A DNA stretch of 64,000 nucleotides, taken from assembly GCA_964545065.1 (NCBI GenBank), contig CAZJEO010000001.1, positions 128,663 to 192,662 on the forward strand. Direction: 5' to 3'. The number at the start of each line of letters is the position of its first letter. Position 1 is the stretch's first letter. Source of the stretch: Candidatus Woesearchaeota archaeon (GTDB lineage: Archaea; Nanobdellota; Nanobdellia; Pacearchaeales; GW2011-AR1). The notes beneath the pieces were generated by a model. The model made no database searches, was not told the DNA's origin, and worked only from the letters and a program-made list of their open reading frames with translations. Made by a program: the position numbers and the translations under genes. This document shows positions 17,089-26,199 of this stretch, piece after piece.

Positions 17089-19124
17089 TGGTAGGAAAAG
17101 TGAGGAAGAGGGATGGGAGTGTTGTTCTTTTTCAGCATGAGAAAATTACAGAAGCGATCTGGAAAGCTGTAAAGGCTGTTGGGGGGCATGACAGAGAAAA
17201 GGCAGAATACTTGTCTAATTTAGTAACAAGTAATCTTGGAAAAAAGCATGGGGATTTAGAGATTCCTGAAGTAGAAGAAGTCCAGGATATGGTTGAAAAA
17301 ACTTTAATTGAAGAGGGGCATGCAAAGGTAGCTAAAGCGTATATTCTTTATCGTAAGAGTCATGAAGAACTCAGGCAGGTTAAAGGATTGTTTGATACAA
17401 TTGAAGCTGTTGACGATTATATAGGATTAAATGATTGGATGGTGAAAGAGAATTCAAACATGGCTTTTTCCTTGCAGGGTTTAAACAATTATGTTGCTAC
17501 TAAGATTATAAGTAATTACTGGATTAGAAGAATTTATCCGGAAGCCATAAGAGAGGCACATGAAAACACTGATTTTCATATACATGATTTAGGAACTCTC
17601 GGGGCTTATTGTGTTGGGTGGGACTTAAAAGATTTATTAATTACTGGGTTTAAGGGTGTGCCTGGAAAGCTAGCGTGCAAGCCTCCAAAACATTTCAGTG
17701 CTGCCTTGGGCCAAATCGTTAATTTCTTTTACACATTGCAAGGAGAAAGTGCAGGAGCCCAAGCATTTTCAAATTTTGATACTCTTTTAGCTCCTTTTGT
17801 AAGGTATGATAATTTAGATTATCAGCAAGTTAAAAAACTTATCAAATCTTTTTTATTTAATATGGCTGTTCCCACAAGGGTTGGATTCCAGACACCTTTT
17901 ACAAATCTTACAATGGATTTGAAAGTTCCAGGATACATGAAAGATGAACCAGTTATTGTTGATGGAAAAATCCAAAAAGAAACATACAAAGAATTTGAAA
18001 CAGAAATGGACATGATTAACAGAGGTTTTGCAGAAGCTATGTTGGAAGGAGATTCTGAGGGAAGGGTCTTTACTTTTCCTATTCCGACTTATAATATTAC
18101 AAAAGATTTTGACTGGGATAATCCAATTTATGAACCACTCTGGGAGATGACTGCAAAATATGGTATACCTTATTTTTCTAATTTTATTAATTCAGATATG
18201 AAACCAGAAGATGCGAGAAGTATGTGTTGTAGATTAAGAATCGACAATACTGAATTAAGAAAAAGGGGAGGGGGGCTTTTTGGAAGTAATCCTTTGACAG
18301 GTTCAATAGGAGTTGTTACAATAAATATGGCTAGAATAGGATTTACTTCCATAGATGAAAAGATTTTCTTAGAAAAACTTTCAAATTTAATGGAACTTGC
18401 GAAAGAAAGTTTAGAGATAAAGAGAAAAGCACTGGAAAAATTTACAGAGATTGGATTATATCCTTATTCTCAGTTTTATTTAAGGAATTTAAAAAAAGCA
18501 TTTGGAGAATATTGGAAAAATCATTTTTCTACAATTGGGTTATTAGGAATGAACGAGGCAATTGTTAATTTTATGCCTGGGGAAAATATAGCCACAGAAA
18601 AAGGAAAAGGGTTTACAATGAAAGTTCTGGAATTTATGAGAGAAAAATTAGAAGAATATCAGAAAGAGACAGGAAATATATATAATCTTGAAGCGACTCC
18701 TGGGGAAGGAACAGCGTATAGATTTGCGAGAAATGATAAAAAAAGATTTGGGAGAATTATTGTGGCTAATGAGAAAATGGTAAGGAGCAATGAAGCGAAA
18801 CCTTATTATACGAATTCGACGCAACTTCCTGTGAATTATACTGATGATTTATTTGAAGCATTAGAATTACAGGATGACTTGCAAACACAATATACCGGGG
18901 GAACAGTTCTTCATAGTTTTGTTGGTGAAAAACTAGATAAAGAAGGAGTAAAATTATTGATTAAAAAAATTGCAGAAAGTTTCAAACTTCCTTATTTTAC
19001 ACTAACTCCAACTTTTTCAATCTGTCCTAAACATGGCTATCTTCATGGGGAGCATGAATATTGTCCTAAGTGTGATCAAGAAAATGGATATGTTGAAAAA
19101 CAGATTGAAACTAAATTTAAATAG
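17088..19124 (+). CDS. nrdD: anaerobic (class III) ribonucleoside-triphosphate reductase large protein, lacking the glycyl-radical C-terminus
   Basis: N-terminal ATP-cone (VRKRDGSVVLFQHEKI). Class III core. C-terminal Cys/His zinc-binding segment CPKHG...CPKCD. The ORF ends just before the expected glycyl-radical motif. Confidence 0.85.
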   Translation: MVGKVRKRDGSVVLFQHEKITEAIWKAVKAVGGHDREKAEYLSNLVTSNLGKKHGDLEIPEVEEVQDMVEKTLIEEGHAKVAKAYILYRKSHEELRQVKGLFDTIEAVDDYIGLNDWMVKENSNMAFSLQGLNNYVATKIISNYWIRRIYPEAIREAHENTDFHIHDLGTLGAYCVGWDLKDLLITGFKGVPGKLACKPPKHFSAALGQIVNFFYTLQGESAGAQAFSNFDTLLAPFVRYDNLDYQQVKKLIKSFLFNMAVPTRVGFQTPFTNLTMDLKVPGYMKDEPVIVDGKIQKETYKEFETEMDMINRGFAEAMLEGDSEGRVFTFPIPTYNITKDFDWDNPIYEPLWEMTAKYGIPYFSNFINSDMKPEDARSMCCRLRIDNTELRKRGGGLFGSNPLTGSIGVVTINMARIGFTSIDEKIFLEKLSNLMELAKESLEIKRKALEKFTEIGLYPYSQFYLRNLKKAFGEYWKNHFSTIGLLGMNEAIVNFMPGENIATEKGKGFTMKVLEFMREKLEEYQKETGNIYNLEATPGEGTAYRFARNDKKRFGRIIVANEKMVRSNEAKPYYTNSTQLPVNYTDDLFEALELQDDLQTQYTGGTVLHSFVGEKLDKEGVKLLIKKIAESFKLPYFTLTPTFSICPKHGYLHGEHEYCPKCDQENGYVEKQIETKFK

Positions 19125-19132
19125 GAGGAAAA

Positions 19133-19261
19133 ATGGAAGAAAAAAAGAGACAAAAATGCGAAGTTTTTTCAAGAGTTGTGGGTTATTTAAGACCAATAGT
19201 GCAGTGGAATGAGGGGAAACAGGCAGAATGGAAAGATAGAAAAACCTTTATATTAAGATAA
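19133..19261 (+). CDS. stand-alone glycyl-radical peptide of class III RNR (42 aa), in a different frame from nrdD
   Basis: MEEKKRQKCEVFSRVVGYLRPIVQWNEGKQAEWKDRK matches the NrdD C-terminal glycyl-radical region (R-V-x-G-Y...GKQ.E). AGGAGG lies 5 nt upstream of the ATG. Confidence 0.5.
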   Translation: MEEKKRQKCEVFSRVVGYLRPIVQWNEGKQAEWKDRKTFILR

Positions 19262-19268
19262 CCTTGCT

Positions 19269-19967
19269 ATGAAAATCATAGGATTACAAAAACTAACTTT
19301 GATAGATTATCCTAACAAAATAGCATGCACCTTGTTTCTTCATGGCTGTAATTTTAGATGCGGGTTTTGCTATAATCCAGAACTTGTTTTAGAAAACAAC
19401 GAAGAAGGGTATTCTAAAGAAGGGGTATTAAACTTTTTGAAAGAAAGACAGGCTTACCTTGATGGCGTGTGTATTACAGGGGGGGAACCTTTATTGACCT
19501 TGGACTTAGAATTTTTAAGGCAGATAAAAGATTTGGGATATGATATTAAAATTGACACAAACGGGAGTTTTCCTGAAAAGTTAAAGGAGGTTATTGAAAG
19601 CGGGTTGGTGGATTATATTGCAATGGATATCAAATCCAGCAAGGAAAAATATAAGGAACTTGCAAATTCAGATGTTGATATGAATAAGATTGAAGAGAGC
19701 ATAAGATTGATTTCTAAGTTAGAGGACTATGAATTTCGGACAACTGTTGTCAAAAGATATCATGATGCTGAAAAAATTAAATCTATTGCAGAGTGGCTGA
19801 ATTCTTTAATAGGTAAACCAAAAAAGTTTTGCTTACAAGGTTTCAAGAATAACGAAAAGTTCATTGATGATTCATTCATGACAGAAAAAGATGTTGAAAA
19901 AGATTATTTGATTGAATTGAAAAAAATTGCTGAGCCTTATTTTGAAAATGTGGATGTTCGAGTGTAA
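19269..19967 (+). CDS. nrdG: anaerobic RNR activating radical-SAM protein
   Basis: CNFRCGFCYNP (CxxxCxxC radical SAM). Confidence 0.8.
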   Translation: MKIIGLQKLTLIDYPNKIACTLFLHGCNFRCGFCYNPELVLENNEEGYSKEGVLNFLKERQAYLDGVCITGGEPLLTLDLEFLRQIKDLGYDIKIDTNGSFPEKLKEVIESGLVDYIAMDIKSSKEKYKELANSDVDMNKIEESIRLISKLEDYEFRTTVVKRYHDAEKIKSIAEWLNSLIGKPKKFCLQGFKNNEKFIDDSFMTEKDVEKDYLIELKKIAEPYFENVDVRV

Positions 19968-20001
19968 TAAACAATATAAAAGCTAAAAAACTAGTCACAA
20001 A

Positions 20002-22209
20002 ATGATTCAAAAAAATGAGGGGATGATCTCATTGATAAAGGGACAGATTGGTTCTAATGGAAAAGGAGGTTGGCCTGTTGCTGTTAGAGATAGAATTGCT
20101 TTTCCTAAATCTACTGAATTAAAAGTGACAGATGCTAATGTTGCTGTAACTTTTTTATGGACAATGCGAGATGCAGTACTGCCAAATCTTGAAAAGGAAA
20201 ACTTGGCAATAGCTACTAATTTCTATACTCCGGCAGGATTGCAAGGAATGATAAGAAACATTTTGGGAAATCCATTCATTAGATATATTATAATGATGGG
20301 AGAAGAGTATTCCTCAAAAACTGAAGGAGATAAAATATCTGAGTTAACAAGTGGGAATGCTATACGGGCTTTTTTTGCAAAAGGCGTAAATGAGGATAGA
20401 AAAATAGAGGGTTTTGAAAGTGCTGTTTATTTTGATAAAAATATTCCTTTGGAACTTCTAAAGGAGATTAGAAAAAATGTGGAATTGATTGACTTAAATA
20501 AAACAATGCCTGGTGCTAACTTGGATGAAAAAATTCAAGAAGCTAATAGATTAATTAAAACATTAGAGAGAAAAGAACCTTTTTTAGAACAGCCATTGAT
20601 CTTTGATTATGAATCTGTAGAAGAATCTTTCCCTTATGAAGGGGGTCCGATAATTGTTCATGGCAGTAATATTCCTGATGCATGGATAAAAATGATATAC
20701 AACATAAATAGATATGGCAGGCAAAATTTAATGAATGCTAATACAGATAGGTGGGTTAAGGAAATTAATGACATGGTGGTTGTAATTCATAACCCTCAAG
20801 ATAGAGATCTTTCTGTTAATCCTTTTTTAGTGCCTTTAACAATAGGAAAAATTGAAGCATATGAAAAAGAGATTTTATCCCCTATATTGCCAGAAGGAAA
20901 AGCATACACTTATGGAAATGAACTTAGAGCATATCATTATCCTTCTGCAAAAGAAATTAAAGAATTAGTTAATTCACAGGATTATAAGGATTTTGAATTT
21001 GGTCAGGGAGATTGGTTAGATAAAAATGTTTCTTACAAAGAAGATTTTTGTGAAATTAATCAGATTGAAGATCTTATTGATGTATTAAAAAGAGACCCAT
21101 ATTCAAAAGCATGTGTTGCAATAACATGGCATTCTTCTAAAGAATTAATGAGAAAACACAAAAGCAGTCCATGTCTTGTTTTTTTGCAGGCGCTTATTCA
21201 AGATGAAAAATTAAATTTAACTGTTTTTTTTAGAAGCCATGATATGACTCAGGGATGGCCTGAAAATGCCTATGGTTGTGCAGCTATACAAGAAGAAATT
21301 GCAAAAGCAGTTGGAGTTGACTCTGGAATATTAACTATAATTTCTGGTAGTGCACAAATTTACAATAATTATTATCAGCAGGTTGAAGAAATGCTTAGCA
21401 AATATGATAATGTTTTAAATTGTAATGATTCACGAGGAAATTATCAAATCAAAATTCATGATGATGAAATTATCCTGACACTATTACATCCTGAGACAGG
21501 AAAAATATTAGAAGAAATTAAAGGGAAATCTGCGTATGAAATAAAAGATAAAATATCAATGCATGGTTTGGAGACAGGTCACGCAATTTATATTGGGACT
21601 GAACTTGCCATGGCAGAGGTGGCGATTAAGATGGGAACAGATTATGAACAAGATGAAACAATAGGAAAACCAAATGATACTTTGACACAAAATAAAATTC
21701 CTGAAGATAAATTAGGTGAGAGGCCCAATTGGGAGGAGTTTTTTATGGGCTCTGCACTTCTTGCTGCATCAAGGTCAAGTTGTAGGTATTTGCATACTGG
21801 TGCAGTAATTGTTAAAGATAAAAGAATTTTATCAACTGGTTATAATGGAGCTCCTCCAGGAATAACTAATTGTCTTGATAGGGGTTGTAGAAAAGAAAGA
21901 GAAGGTATTGGCTTTGATGAGAAAGGTAAAGCAGTTTGCAGGGGAATTCACGCAGAAATAAATGCCTTGAGTCAAATTGCACGCCAAGATCTTAAAGGAT
22001 CTCAAATGTATACTATTTATCTCCCTTGTTCTGCATGCGCCAAAGCTATTGCAGGTTCTGGAATTGATGAAGTAATATATCTTAAAATGTATAATGAACC
22101 TGATTCATTAACAAGAGAAATTTTTGCTGAATCTGGAATAAAGTTAAGAAAACTGGATATTAATTTTGATAAGATATTTAATAAAAAGATTATGTTCTAT
22201 GACAAATAA
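20002..22209 (+). CDS. multidomain protein: unknown N-terminal domain + thymidylate-synthase-like (ThyA fold) domain + dCMP/cytidine deaminase domain
   Basis: ThyA-like SPCLVFLQALIQDEKLNLTVFFRSHDMTQGWPENAYG (catalytic Cys plus RSxD). C-terminal HAEINAL...PCSACA zinc deaminase motifs. Confidence 0.6.
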   Translation: MIQKNEGMISLIKGQIGSNGKGGWPVAVRDRIAFPKSTELKVTDANVAVTFLWTMRDAVLPNLEKENLAIATNFYTPAGLQGMIRNILGNPFIRYIIMMGEEYSSKTEGDKISELTSGNAIRAFFAKGVNEDRKIEGFESAVYFDKNIPLELLKEIRKNVELIDLNKTMPGANLDEKIQEANRLIKTLERKEPFLEQPLIFDYESVEESFPYEGGPIIVHGSNIPDAWIKMIYNINRYGRQNLMNANTDRWVKEINDMVVVIHNPQDRDLSVNPFLVPLTIGKIEAYEKEILSPILPEGKAYTYGNELRAYHYPSAKEIKELVNSQDYKDFEFGQGDWLDKNVSYKEDFCEINQIEDLIDVLKRDPYSKACVAITWHSSKELMRKHKSSPCLVFLQALIQDEKLNLTVFFRSHDMTQGWPENAYGCAAIQEEIAKAVGVDSGILTIISGSAQIYNNYYQQVEEMLSKYDNVLNCNDSRGNYQIKIHDDEIILTLLHPETGKILEEIKGKSAYEIKDKISMHGLETGHAIYIGTELAMAEVAIKMGTDYEQDETIGKPNDTLTQNKIPEDKLGERPNWEEFFMGSALLAASRSSCRYLHTGAVIVKDKRILSTGYNGAPPGITNCLDRGCRKEREGIGFDEKGKAVCRGIHAEINALSQIARQDLKGSQMYTIYLPCSACAKAIAGSGIDEVIYLKMYNEPDSLTREIFAESGIKLRKLDINFDKIFNKKIMFYDK

Positions 22210-22221
22210 GAAAACTTTTAT

Positions 22222-22857
22222 ATGGAAATTCCTCAACACAATTATCGACTAAAATTTCAACAATCAGAAGAATTAATTAGAACATTTTCTAAAGAGGATA
22301 GAATAAAAAAATACTTAAAAGAATTACAAGGTCATAGTTCCCATACTCTTACACATAGTTTTCGAGTAGCACTATTATGTGTTGATCTTGGTTTGGAAAA
22401 TGAATTTGAAGAAAAAGAGATGCGGCTATTAGGATATTCTGGATTACTTCATGATATTGGAAAAGTTCAAATCCCATTAGGAGTATTAAACAAAGCTTCT
22501 ATTTTAACTTCTTTTGAAAGAGAACTAATAAATAATCATTCTCGGTTAGGATCACAAGATGTACATGGATTTGGAAATGACCTAAGAGAAATTATAATAG
22601 GACATCACGAATATCAAAGATGCTCATATCCACGAAAAGGGGAAAGAAGGCTTGTTGGAAGAGAAGAAAAAGATAGAAGGAAAAGAGACTCTTTAGTTGA
22701 AAGTCTGACTAAAATTTTAGCAGCATCAGATCCATATGATGCGTTGAGGAGCGAGAGAGTTTACAAATCTCCAAAAAGTAAAGCTGAGACAAGGAGAATC
22801 ATGCTAAATAAATATATTGGAGATTCCAAATATATAGAGCAATTACTTTCAAGATAG
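22222..22857 (+). CDS. HD-domain phosphohydrolase
   Basis: HSFRVALL...LLHDIGK metal-binding HD motifs. Confidence 0.6.
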   Translation: MEIPQHNYRLKFQQSEELIRTFSKEDRIKKYLKELQGHSSHTLTHSFRVALLCVDLGLENEFEEKEMRLLGYSGLLHDIGKVQIPLGVLNKASILTSFERELINNHSRLGSQDVHGFGNDLREIIIGHHEYQRCSYPRKGERRLVGREEKDRRKRDSLVESLTKILAASDPYDALRSERVYKSPKSKAETRRIMLNKYIGDSKYIEQLLSR

Positions 22858-22946
22858 AGTTGTCTAAAATCTATTATGATGCAAATATTAGAATTAATTT
22901 GAGGGAATAACCAAAATTTTATAAATCTCAGACATTCATTAAAATC

Positions 22947-23273
22947 ATGGCAGACAATGATAAAGTACCTGAATTGACAAATGGTGAGTTTGAGGATTTT
23001 GTGAAAGAGGGAACTGTTGTTGTTGATTTTTTTGCAGAGTGGTGTATGCCGTGTTTGATGATGGCACCTGTGATTGATGAACTTGCTGAAAAGTTTAAGG
23101 GAAAAATTAATTTTGGAAAAGTTAATGTTGAGGACAATCAAGAGATTGCGAAGAAGTTTGAAATTAGTTCTATTCCTCACCTGATTTTGTTCAAGGATGG
23201 AAAACCAACAGAACATTTTGTTGGTTCTGTGAGTTCTGAAGAATTGGAAGGGAAGTTGGGGAATTCTTTGTAA
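22947..23273 (+). CDS. trxA: thioredoxin (WCMPC active site)
   Basis: DFFAEWCMPCLMMAPV and thioredoxin-fold length (108 aa). Confidence 0.8.
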   Translation: MADNDKVPELTNGEFEDFVKEGTVVVDFFAEWCMPCLMMAPVIDELAEKFKGKINFGKVNVEDNQEIAKKFEISSIPHLILFKDGKPTEHFVGSVSSEELEGKLGNSL

Positions 23274-23311
23274 CAAAGCTTTTTTAAATCTAAATTTATT
23301 TAGTGAGCTAT

Positions 23312-23383
23312 GGCTCCATAGCTTCCCAAGGGATGACCTCTTCGAGGCCTCAGCCTTTTTCGGTTGCTTCGCAGTCACCATAC
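23312..23383 (+). mobile_element. mini-element copy A: a 12-nt duplicate of the tRNA-Lys 5' end plus a 60-nt GC-rich insert with the TCCCAAGGGATGACC core
   Basis: GGCTCCATAGCT at 23312-23323 repeats the start of the tRNA at 23384. Core at 23324-23338. Together with the preceding AGCTATGG the 5' duplicate forms an 8-bp perfect inverted repeat. Confidence 0.55.
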
Positions 23384-23457
23384 GGCTCCATAGCTCAGCC
23401 TGGCAGAGCACTGGACTTTTAATCCAGGTGTCGGGGGTTCAAATCCCTCTGGGGCCA
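23384..23457 (+). tRNA. tRNA-Lys (anticodon TTT)
   Basis: Cloverleaf: acceptor GGCTCCA/TGGGGCC, D-arm GCTCAGCCTGGCAGAGC, anticodon stem CTGGA/TCCAG with loop CTTTTAA, T-arm GGGGGTTCAAATCCCTC. Confidence 0.8.
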
Positions 23458-23583
23458 TCCAAATTTAATTTATGTATAATTAGAAAGAATCTTTCCCTTT
23501 TTTCTTTTTAAAAACAGAATGTGAAAAATTGGTAATGTGTTCGCTTTAGAAAGATTTAAAATTGGTTAAAACTCGCATATATT

Positions 23584-25848
23584 ATGGATATGAAAACACC
23601 AAACCAAAATAGCAAACATGTAAAATTGACTAATATGCTTAAGAAATTAAGAATAATTGGTAATTCAGAAACCTATGAAAATATGAAAGACCGTGTTTTT
23701 AGTATCGTTACTAGCGAAGAAATTAAGTACGGGTCTAGTAAACAACAAATACAAGAATACAAACAAAAAATGATGAATCGATTGGAAAGTCAAGAATTTG
23801 TGCCTAGTTCAATTATCCTTACTAATGCTGGAAGATACGAAGATAAACCTTTAGCAGCATGTTCTGTGCCTCCAATAAATTTAAAGGAGGATTATTCAAA
23901 AATAAAACAAATCGTTGACATTTATCATGAAAAGGGAATGGGAACTGGTTTTAACTTTGATGAAACAGAAGATCCTGTTGAAATGCTAGAATTTTTAAAC
24001 GATATCGCAATAGAAGGCCAAAACAATGGCTTGCAAGACAGACCTGTGGGAAATATGGGAATTATTTCTAGTGATCATCCCAAGATATATAACCTAATCA
24101 AATACAAGGATGGGAAGAATAAAAATCGGGAATGGATTTTTAATATTTCTGTTAACTTAAAAGAAGATTTTATGGCTGCATTGCAAAATGGAGAAGATTA
24201 TCGGCTTAAAGATGGTACGATAATAAATCCAAATGATTTGTTTAATGAAATTTCAAAATCTGCTTGTTCCTGTGGAGATCCTGGAATATTTTTCATGAAG
24301 AGATTTAATCAAGATAACCCTGCTCCAAAATTAGGGGAATATAAGTCACTTGCTCCGTGCGGAGAAGTTGCACTTGCTGAAGGTGAAACGTGTCAATTTT
24401 CTTATATTAATATATCCAAGTTTGTTAAAAATAAAAAAATAGATTACGACTCTCTAAAAGATGTAATCTATGATGGAGTAAGATTTTTAGATGATACCTT
24501 GGATATAAGTATTAGCAGATATGGTAATAGAAAAAGTGAAAATATAATGAACCAAAAAAGAAAAATTGGATTAGGTATTTGTGGTCTTGCTGATGTGTTT
24601 ATTAAATGCGGGATTCCTTATGATTCCGAAGAAGCCTTAGACCTAAGTGCTGATTTAATGAGTTTTATTACTTATAATTCAAAAAAAGCGTCTATTAAAC
24701 TAGGTAAAGAAAGAGGTATTGCGCCTGCTTTTGAAAAATCTAAATTAAAACAAGATTTTATTGAAAAAAAATATGGTAAATATGCAACAAATACTGTGGG
24801 TAAACAAGACTGGAAAAATTTAAGTGAGGAAATTAAAGCAAAAGGTATCAGAAATATGATTACTACTATTCTACCACCAACAGGAAGAAGCTCCATGATA
24901 ATTTATGCTTCTCCTGCGATTGAGCCAATCTTTTCTTTAGAATTAAATGATGAAATGCGAAGAGATTTGATGAATAAGTTAAAGAAAAGAGGGCTGCCTT
25001 TTGAAAATTTACCAACTACCATCAATAAAAAAGACCTCCCTTCTGATTTAAAGGAGATATATAAAACTTGTTTAGAAATTGACCCAATTTCTCAGATAAA
25101 AATATGCTCTGCTCTTCAGAAATTCACCGACGGAGCAATTTCTAAAACCATAAACATTAATTCTACGTCTACTCCTAATGACATAAGAAAGATTTATCTA
25201 CAAGCATATGAAATGGGATTAAAAGGCATTACTATTTATCGGGATGGCAGTAAAAATCTTCAACCAATGAAATTGCAAAAAGGAGGTAAAATGGAAATTG
25301 AATTAAGGGCTTTTGTTAAAGATTTTGATCCTGTTAAAAATTGTTTGAAAGAAATTGGTGCACATAAAACTGACGAAACAGAAATTGAAGATATTTGGAT
25401 TTGTGACAAAAATATAACAAATTATGAAGATGCAAAGATGAATAAGGTTGGTTCTTATGGTCTTAGATTTAGGATTCAAAAAGGTAGGGCAAATGAAATT
25501 TGTATTAAAACTATCATCAACGAAAAGGATCACCAGATTTTTAGCGAATATGAAACAAGTTTTGATGATCTTGAACAAATGAAAAATATATTTAAGATTC
25601 TTGGCTTTAAGATATTTTGTGTGTTAAAGAAAAAGCGAGAAACATATTCTTTTAAAAATATGAAAATTAACTTGGAAGATATTGAAGGATTTAAATCTTG
25701 TATTGAAATTGAAATCTTAGGAGAAGATAATTTTGAAGAAAAGAAGAAGAAACTACATGAGATAATGGATATTTTAAAAATAAATAAGGAAGACAGAATT
25801 AATACAAGTATTACATCCCTATTTATGGAAGAAAATTCTTTCAAATAA
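23584..25848 (+). CDS. nrdJ: class II (B12-dependent-type) ribonucleotide reductase fused to a C-terminal CYTH (CyaB-like triphosphate tunnel) domain
   Basis: RNR active-site region LAPCGEVAL and TTILPPTGRSS. C-terminal ~190 aa starting MEIELRAFVKDFD with EIEIL match the CYTH domain pattern. No nrdB nearby. Confidence 0.65.
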   Translation: MDMKTPNQNSKHVKLTNMLKKLRIIGNSETYENMKDRVFSIVTSEEIKYGSSKQQIQEYKQKMMNRLESQEFVPSSIILTNAGRYEDKPLAACSVPPINLKEDYSKIKQIVDIYHEKGMGTGFNFDETEDPVEMLEFLNDIAIEGQNNGLQDRPVGNMGIISSDHPKIYNLIKYKDGKNKNREWIFNISVNLKEDFMAALQNGEDYRLKDGTIINPNDLFNEISKSACSCGDPGIFFMKRFNQDNPAPKLGEYKSLAPCGEVALAEGETCQFSYINISKFVKNKKIDYDSLKDVIYDGVRFLDDTLDISISRYGNRKSENIMNQKRKIGLGICGLADVFIKCGIPYDSEEALDLSADLMSFITYNSKKASIKLGKERGIAPAFEKSKLKQDFIEKKYGKYATNTVGKQDWKNLSEEIKAKGIRNMITTILPPTGRSSMIIYASPAIEPIFSLELNDEMRRDLMNKLKKRGLPFENLPTTINKKDLPSDLKEIYKTCLEIDPISQIKICSALQKFTDGAISKTININSTSTPNDIRKIYLQAYEMGLKGITIYRDGSKNLQPMKLQKGGKMEIELRAFVKDFDPVKNCLKEIGAHKTDETEIEDIWICDKNITNYEDAKMNKVGSYGLRFRIQKGRANEICIKTIINEKDHQIFSEYETSFDDLEQMKNIFKILGFKIFCVLKKKRETYSFKNMKINLEDIEGFKSCIEIEILGEDNFEEKKKKLHEIMDILKINKEDRINTSITSLFMEENSFK

Positions 25849-26004
25849 AATGATTGTGGCGAAATATGCTTTTGAGCGAAGGACTTTGAAACAAATCCCA
25901 AAACCATAACATTTTTAAACCAAAAATCGTTATTTTTTATTATTGTTAAGTTGTTAAATTCCCTGGCAATTTTATCAAACAAAAATCCCAACAAACTCCC
26001 AAAA

Positions 26005-26199
26005 ATGCATATTCTACAACCAAAACACCTCAAGCTTAGTGACAAAGATACTGAAGAGCTCTTAAACAAATTGAATATTTCTAAATCACAAATACCAAAG
26101 ATTTTCTCTACTGATTCTGCGTTGCCAGAGGGTTGTGAAATTGGTGATATAATTAAAATTGAGAGGCGGGATGGAGAGTATTTCCGGGTTGTTGTATGA
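26005..26199 (+). CDS. rpoH: RNA polymerase subunit H (Rpb5-like)
   Basis: MHILQPKHLKLSDKDTEELL...GDIIKIERRDGEYFRVV matches the RpoH pattern. Likely start is the ATG at 26005 within the longer track ORF. Confidence 0.7.
   Translation: MHILQPKHLKLSDKDTEELLNKLNISKSQIPKIFSTDSALPEGCEIGDIIKIERRDGEYFRVVV

Noticed and set aside
23324-23338. Mini-element core as a box C/D sRNA (GGATGAC resembling box C) or hammerhead (CTGGTGA...) motif
   Set aside because: Only partial matches. RUGAUGA is not satisfied (GGGATGA). No consistent box D/C' spacing or helix II/III across copies.
22761-23411. 216-aa minus-strand ORF spanning the HD-gene end, thioredoxin and the tRNA-Lys region
   Set aside because: It is antisense to two well-supported genes and a tRNA. 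The product is low complexity with no motifs. An AT-rich genome yields long spurious ORFs.
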